61,317 nucleotides of DNA from Thermoplasmata archaeon (lineage in GTDB: Archaea > Thermoplasmatota > Thermoplasmata > RBG-16-68-12 > JAFNFQ01): NCBI GenBank assembly GCA_041489255.1, contig JBGPQV010000017.1, forward strand, positions 1-61,317, written 5' to 3'. The notes under the pieces are model-generated. The model made no database searches, was not told where the DNA came from, and worked only from the letters and a program-made list of their open reading frames with translations. The position numbers and the translations under genes are program-made. This document shows positions 58,400 to 61,317 of this stretch, piece by piece (within the stretch, counting starts at the first letter, position 1; every line of letters starts with the position of its first letter).

Positions 58400-58755
58400 A
58401 CCTCTCTACCCTTGAAACACATCATCCACCATCCGCGCCGACGTCATCTACATGTGCGCGGGACTTTTCTACATCAGGACCGAGGCTGTCCACCAGTGGA
58501 CCAAAGTGTTCCACGATCGAGTTGGCCCGTTTCGAGGCAGAATTGCAGTTCTCAGCGTCGGAAGGCAGTGTTCCGCGGTCGGGAAGTTGTCCATCCACGA
58601 GTAGACGAGGGTTTTCCCGAAGTGGATGAGACAGGTCTCGGTGCAGATGTGGTATATTCGGGCGTTCTAGCATGGATGAGCGTGTAGAACAGTTCGGCGC
58701 AGATGTAGACCTCCTTGCTCCAACATGGTGGGACACCAGGTTCTACGTCGATGAG
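58400..58755. repeat. Degenerate 21-bp-period array (TCYAC-nn-GTRGA)
   Basis: TCYAC at 58405, 58447, 58468, 58489, 58510 and 58594; GTRGA at 58496, 58601, 58622, 58684 and 58705. Confidence 0.75.
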
Positions 58756-58774
58756 CGTGGTGGCGGTGGAGACC

Positions 58775-58828
58775 GGGGACGCGCAGATATGCGTCATGGC
58801 GGCGGCGGTGGCGGTCATGATGCGTTCG
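58775..58828. repeat. purB promoter, eroded copy C
   Basis: 58803-58828 matches 54835-54860 at 24/26, with patchy similarity (GGGGAC, CAGAT, ATGCG) further left. Confidence 0.75.
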
Positions 58829-59131
58829 AAAAGAGGAAGAGATGGAGACAGGGCCTGATGGACGCGCCTGATCCTTCGTCGTCGTGTGGCGTGCCCAGTC
58901 ATGTAGCGAGGTCGACGAAATGAAGTCCAAGACGATTCTTCGTCCGTCGGAGCGGAATTCAGCTCGGAAACATCGCCGAGTATGACCGACCGCAAATAGG
59001 GGGGTGTCCATCTGATTGTCCACGCCTGACGGAAATGCGGTTCGCTTAGGGAAGGATTCGTTCTCATGGAGGGCTCGGTGTGGATTTCCGCGTTATGAGG
59101 TTCCGCAATGTCCCTCGGAATGTCCCCTCAA

Positions 59132-59168
59132 GCCCGCCCGAAAGGACGGGCACTTTCCTCTTTTTCTA
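59132..59168 (+). terminator. GAAA-tetraloop hairpin + pyrimidine tract
   Basis: GCCCGCCC-GAAA-GGACGGGC followed by ACTTTCCTCTTTTTCT. Confidence 0.5.
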
Positions 59169-59249
59169 TTGATGCAGAATCCTCGTTCGACAGGGCAAGT
59201 TCTCGCAGAGTCGGGTATGCATTCATCTTGACCGCCAGCCGTGGCCGCC

Positions 59250-59332
59250 TCGCCCGCCCTCTCGAAGAACTCGGCGGCTTCGACGCCCATGCCCGTCGGG
59301 CTGAGGTGCATATGGTTATCGTAGATTCTCAT
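59250..59332 (-). pseudogene. 5' fragment of an archaeal TatD-related metal hydrolase (COG1831-like)
   Basis: MRIYDNHMHLSPTGMGVEAAEFFERAG carries the DNHxH motif; similarity ends after about 27 codons. Confidence 0.6.
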
Positions 59333-59417
59333 CTTTCCCGCCACGCTGATGCGGTCTGACCTATATGGAGACGACTGCCTGCCGGTGGGAAGGGGGCATC
59401 TCGGCGGCGACTCCCGC

Positions 59418-59966
59418 CTATCTCAGCAGCCCTGCCGCCTTGAGTTCCTGCGTGATCTTCTCGACCGCCTGCTCGACATCAGACGGCTTCTTCGCGCCCG
59501 TGCAGACCAGCTTCCCGCTGCTGAACAGCAGGACGACGACCTTCGGCTCGTCCAGGCGGTAGACCAGGCCGGGGAACTGCTCGGGCTCGTACTCCACCTT
59601 CTCCAAGCCCAGGCTTATCGCGATGGCGTTGAGATTGATCTTCATGCCGAGGTTGCTCGTCGCGACGATGTTCTGGACCTCGATGTCCGGGTGCTTCTTG
59701 ATCTGGATGCCGGCCGCCTCGATCTGCTTGCCTACGGTCTCTATTGCGAGCCTCACGTCCTCCAAGCTCTTTCCTCCGGTGCAGACGACCTTGCCGCTAC
59801 TGAAAAGGAGCGTGGCGGTCTTCGGCTCCTTGAGGCGGTATATAAGCCCCGGAAACTGCTTGGGCTCGTACTCCGCCCCGTCAATGGCCAACGCTATCGC
59901 TTGAAGGTCAAGCTTCCCTCCGAGTGAGGTCGATGCCACGACATTCTCGATTTTTATCTTTGCCAA
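59418..59966 (-). CDS. tbp: TATA-box-binding protein
   Basis: Two repeats (ENVVAS/QNIVAT, YEPxQFPGL, LFSSGK); GGAGGAG RBS and TTG start. Confidence 0.97.
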   Translation of the reverse strand: MAKIKIENVVASTSLGGKLDLQAIALAIDGAEYEPKQFPGLIYRLKEPKTATLLFSSGKVVCTGGKSLEDVRLAIETVGKQIEAAGIQIKKHPDIEVQNIVATSNLGMKINLNAIAISLGLEKVEYEPEQFPGLVYRLDEPKVVVLLFSSGKLVCTGAKKPSDVEQAVEKITQELKAAGLLR

Positions 59967-60253
59967 CGCTACTCCTCCTAAGGATTGTGCGCGGATGCGC
60001 TTCTTCCGCCCCCGCCTGTGCGTCATTTAGATGGGGACTGATTTCGGGATAACAGAGTGGCCGTTTGAGCCAGATGCTTACTCACGTATCTGGACTCTGA
60101 CGTCTTCGTCTCTCCCGCTTTCGCGCACCTCTTTGCCATCATCCGATGCGAACACTCTTCTTCAATACAAGTCTTTCGGCAGTCCGGATAGAATAGTCCA
60201 GCAATTTCGATGTCTTGGGTAGGAAATATACATTGAGTACTAATTGCACCCAG

Positions 60254-60685
60254 CTAGATTCTCTTTGCTTTGATGGTCAGTATGTGGATTGACACACCGA
60301 GTGCCACCACCAACAACACAATACGAACAATCATGTTGTCAGTCACAACGATGGCGGAGAAACCGATCACGATCCAGAGTAGTGAGACGGTTGCGATTTT
60401 GACCTTCCACGGCATTCCCCTTCCCTGTCTGTAGTTCCTCAGATAAGATCCGAAGTATCTGTTCGTCAACATCCATTTGTACATTCTTTCTGACCCTCGA
60501 AGATAGCAGGCCGCCGCAAGCAGAAGAAATGGAGTCGTGGGAAGCAAAGGTATTGCGATTCCAACTATTCCGAGAGAGAGGAAGAAAGAACCTGCCACAT
60601 TCCATAGTAATCTGGAGATTCTACTTCGGTTGATTGGAGTCTCTGGAGAATCACCGTCTGATCGTTCTGACGATACTTCTGCCAT
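60254..60685 (-). CDS. YbaN/DUF454 family membrane protein
   Basis: GIVGIAIPLLPTTPFLLLAAACY motif; lower GC than the core. Confidence 0.9.
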   Translation of the reverse strand: MAEVSSERSDGDSPETPINRSRISRLLWNVAGSFFLSLGIVGIAIPLLPTTPFLLLAAACYLRGSERMYKWMLTNRYFGSYLRNYRQGRGMPWKVKIATVSLLWIVIGFSAIVVTDNMIVRIVLLVVALGVSIHILTIKAKRI

Positions 60686-60789
60686 GATCCCCTTCGAGGT
60701 TGTGAACAGATGGGACGAAATAATAAGGATATCGAGGCACGATAGCGAGACGTGCTCGGGTCTTTCGAGGGGGGCTTGGCACAGAGACG

Positions 60790-60975
60790 CTATCTAGCCG
60801 AGCAGAGCGGGGCGAAGATGAGCGTGACCTGCCAAGTTATGCCCTCCCCGAATAGGATTAACCGAACCATGAAAATCAGGAAGCCGATGATCCATGCCGC
60901 CACAATCAGCCCGAGCGTGCGCGAATGCGTCTTGATTCGCCGAGAGGGAATCGAGCGCTCGTCGGAAAGGCGCAT
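60790..60975 (-). CDS. Small membrane protein (61 aa, possibly truncated)
   Basis: AGGAGG RBS, TTTTAAG box upstream, hydrophobic helix. Confidence 0.5.
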   Translation of the reverse strand: MRLSDERSIPSRRIKTHSRTLGLIVAAWIIGFLIFMVRLILFGEGITWQVTLIFAPLCSAR

Positions 60976-61154
60976 CAATTGCCTCCTGCGGGCCCCCACG
61001 CCCCCTTTCTTCTTAAAACTCGCTCTCCAAGGACATTCGGGCTGGTCGGCGCGCCGCATCGTCAAGGGGTGCCTCCGAGTGAGCCCAGGTCCTTGCATTT
61101 CGACCGCGCCTACCCTTGCGCCGAAAGGCGAAGGGGCCTTCGCGGACCTCCCTC

Positions 61155-61230
61155 GGTGACCGTCGGAGAGCCGATTGTGTAGTGTTTCATGCAACGTAAT
61201 CGGCTTTTCTGCGACAGATACTTCTTAATA
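61155..61230 (-). repeat. Dispersed ~76-bp repeat, copy 2
   Basis: Inverted homologue of 81-156. Confidence 0.8.
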
Positions 61231-61317
61231 GCAATTTGTCTCTTTGTCTTGGCAGCTAAGGGATGGGATTCAGATTATGCAGCCCCGGAAACCAGTGAGG
61301 CTTCTACGGCGAGACGA

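Noticed and set aside
58400-58755. CRISPR array
   Set aside because: The 21-bp period is too short, the repeats are highly degenerate, and there are no cas genes in the window.
60031-60222. Small ORF between tbp and the YbaN-family gene
   Set aside because: No RBS, motif or codon bias on either strand.
61165-61210. Group II intron domain V
   Set aside because: GAGAGCCG is similar, but length and bulge geometry do not fit and no RT or other intron domains are visible.

Overview
GC-rich archaeal chromosome segment. The evidence is TBP, aIF5A, Nop5, RFC, ABCE1, an ATP-dependent ligase, BRE/TATA promoters and a BHB tRNA intron. Gene style suggests an uncultured Thermoplasmatota lineage (inference). 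About 2-46 kb is mostly housekeeping, with three tRNAs: Val-CAC, Val-TAC with a non-canonical D-loop intron, and Gly-GCC. Two accessory zones flank this core. The first (1-1889) abuts the 3' end of tRNA-Val(CAC) and holds a probable tyrosine-recombinase C-terminus and an unannotated AbrB-like gene. The second (52.5-61.3 kb) is a series of small cassettes delimited by diverged copies of the purB promoter/5' end (three copies) and 3' end (two copies). Strongest candidate novel systems: (a) this purB-anchored tandem cassette array, with no integrase inside it; (b) an Opp/Dpp-type ABC importer whose five subunits all carry large extra domains (Ig-like, PQQ-like propeller, Zn ribbon, RING-like), next to a membrane-anchored HTH regulator; (c) a 21-bp-period array of TCYAC-nn-GTRGA palindromes beside a coiled-coil gene; (d) a divergent cis-prenyltransferase-fold gene converging on a geranylgeranyl-reductase-family gene. 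All calls were made by eye; no searches were run.
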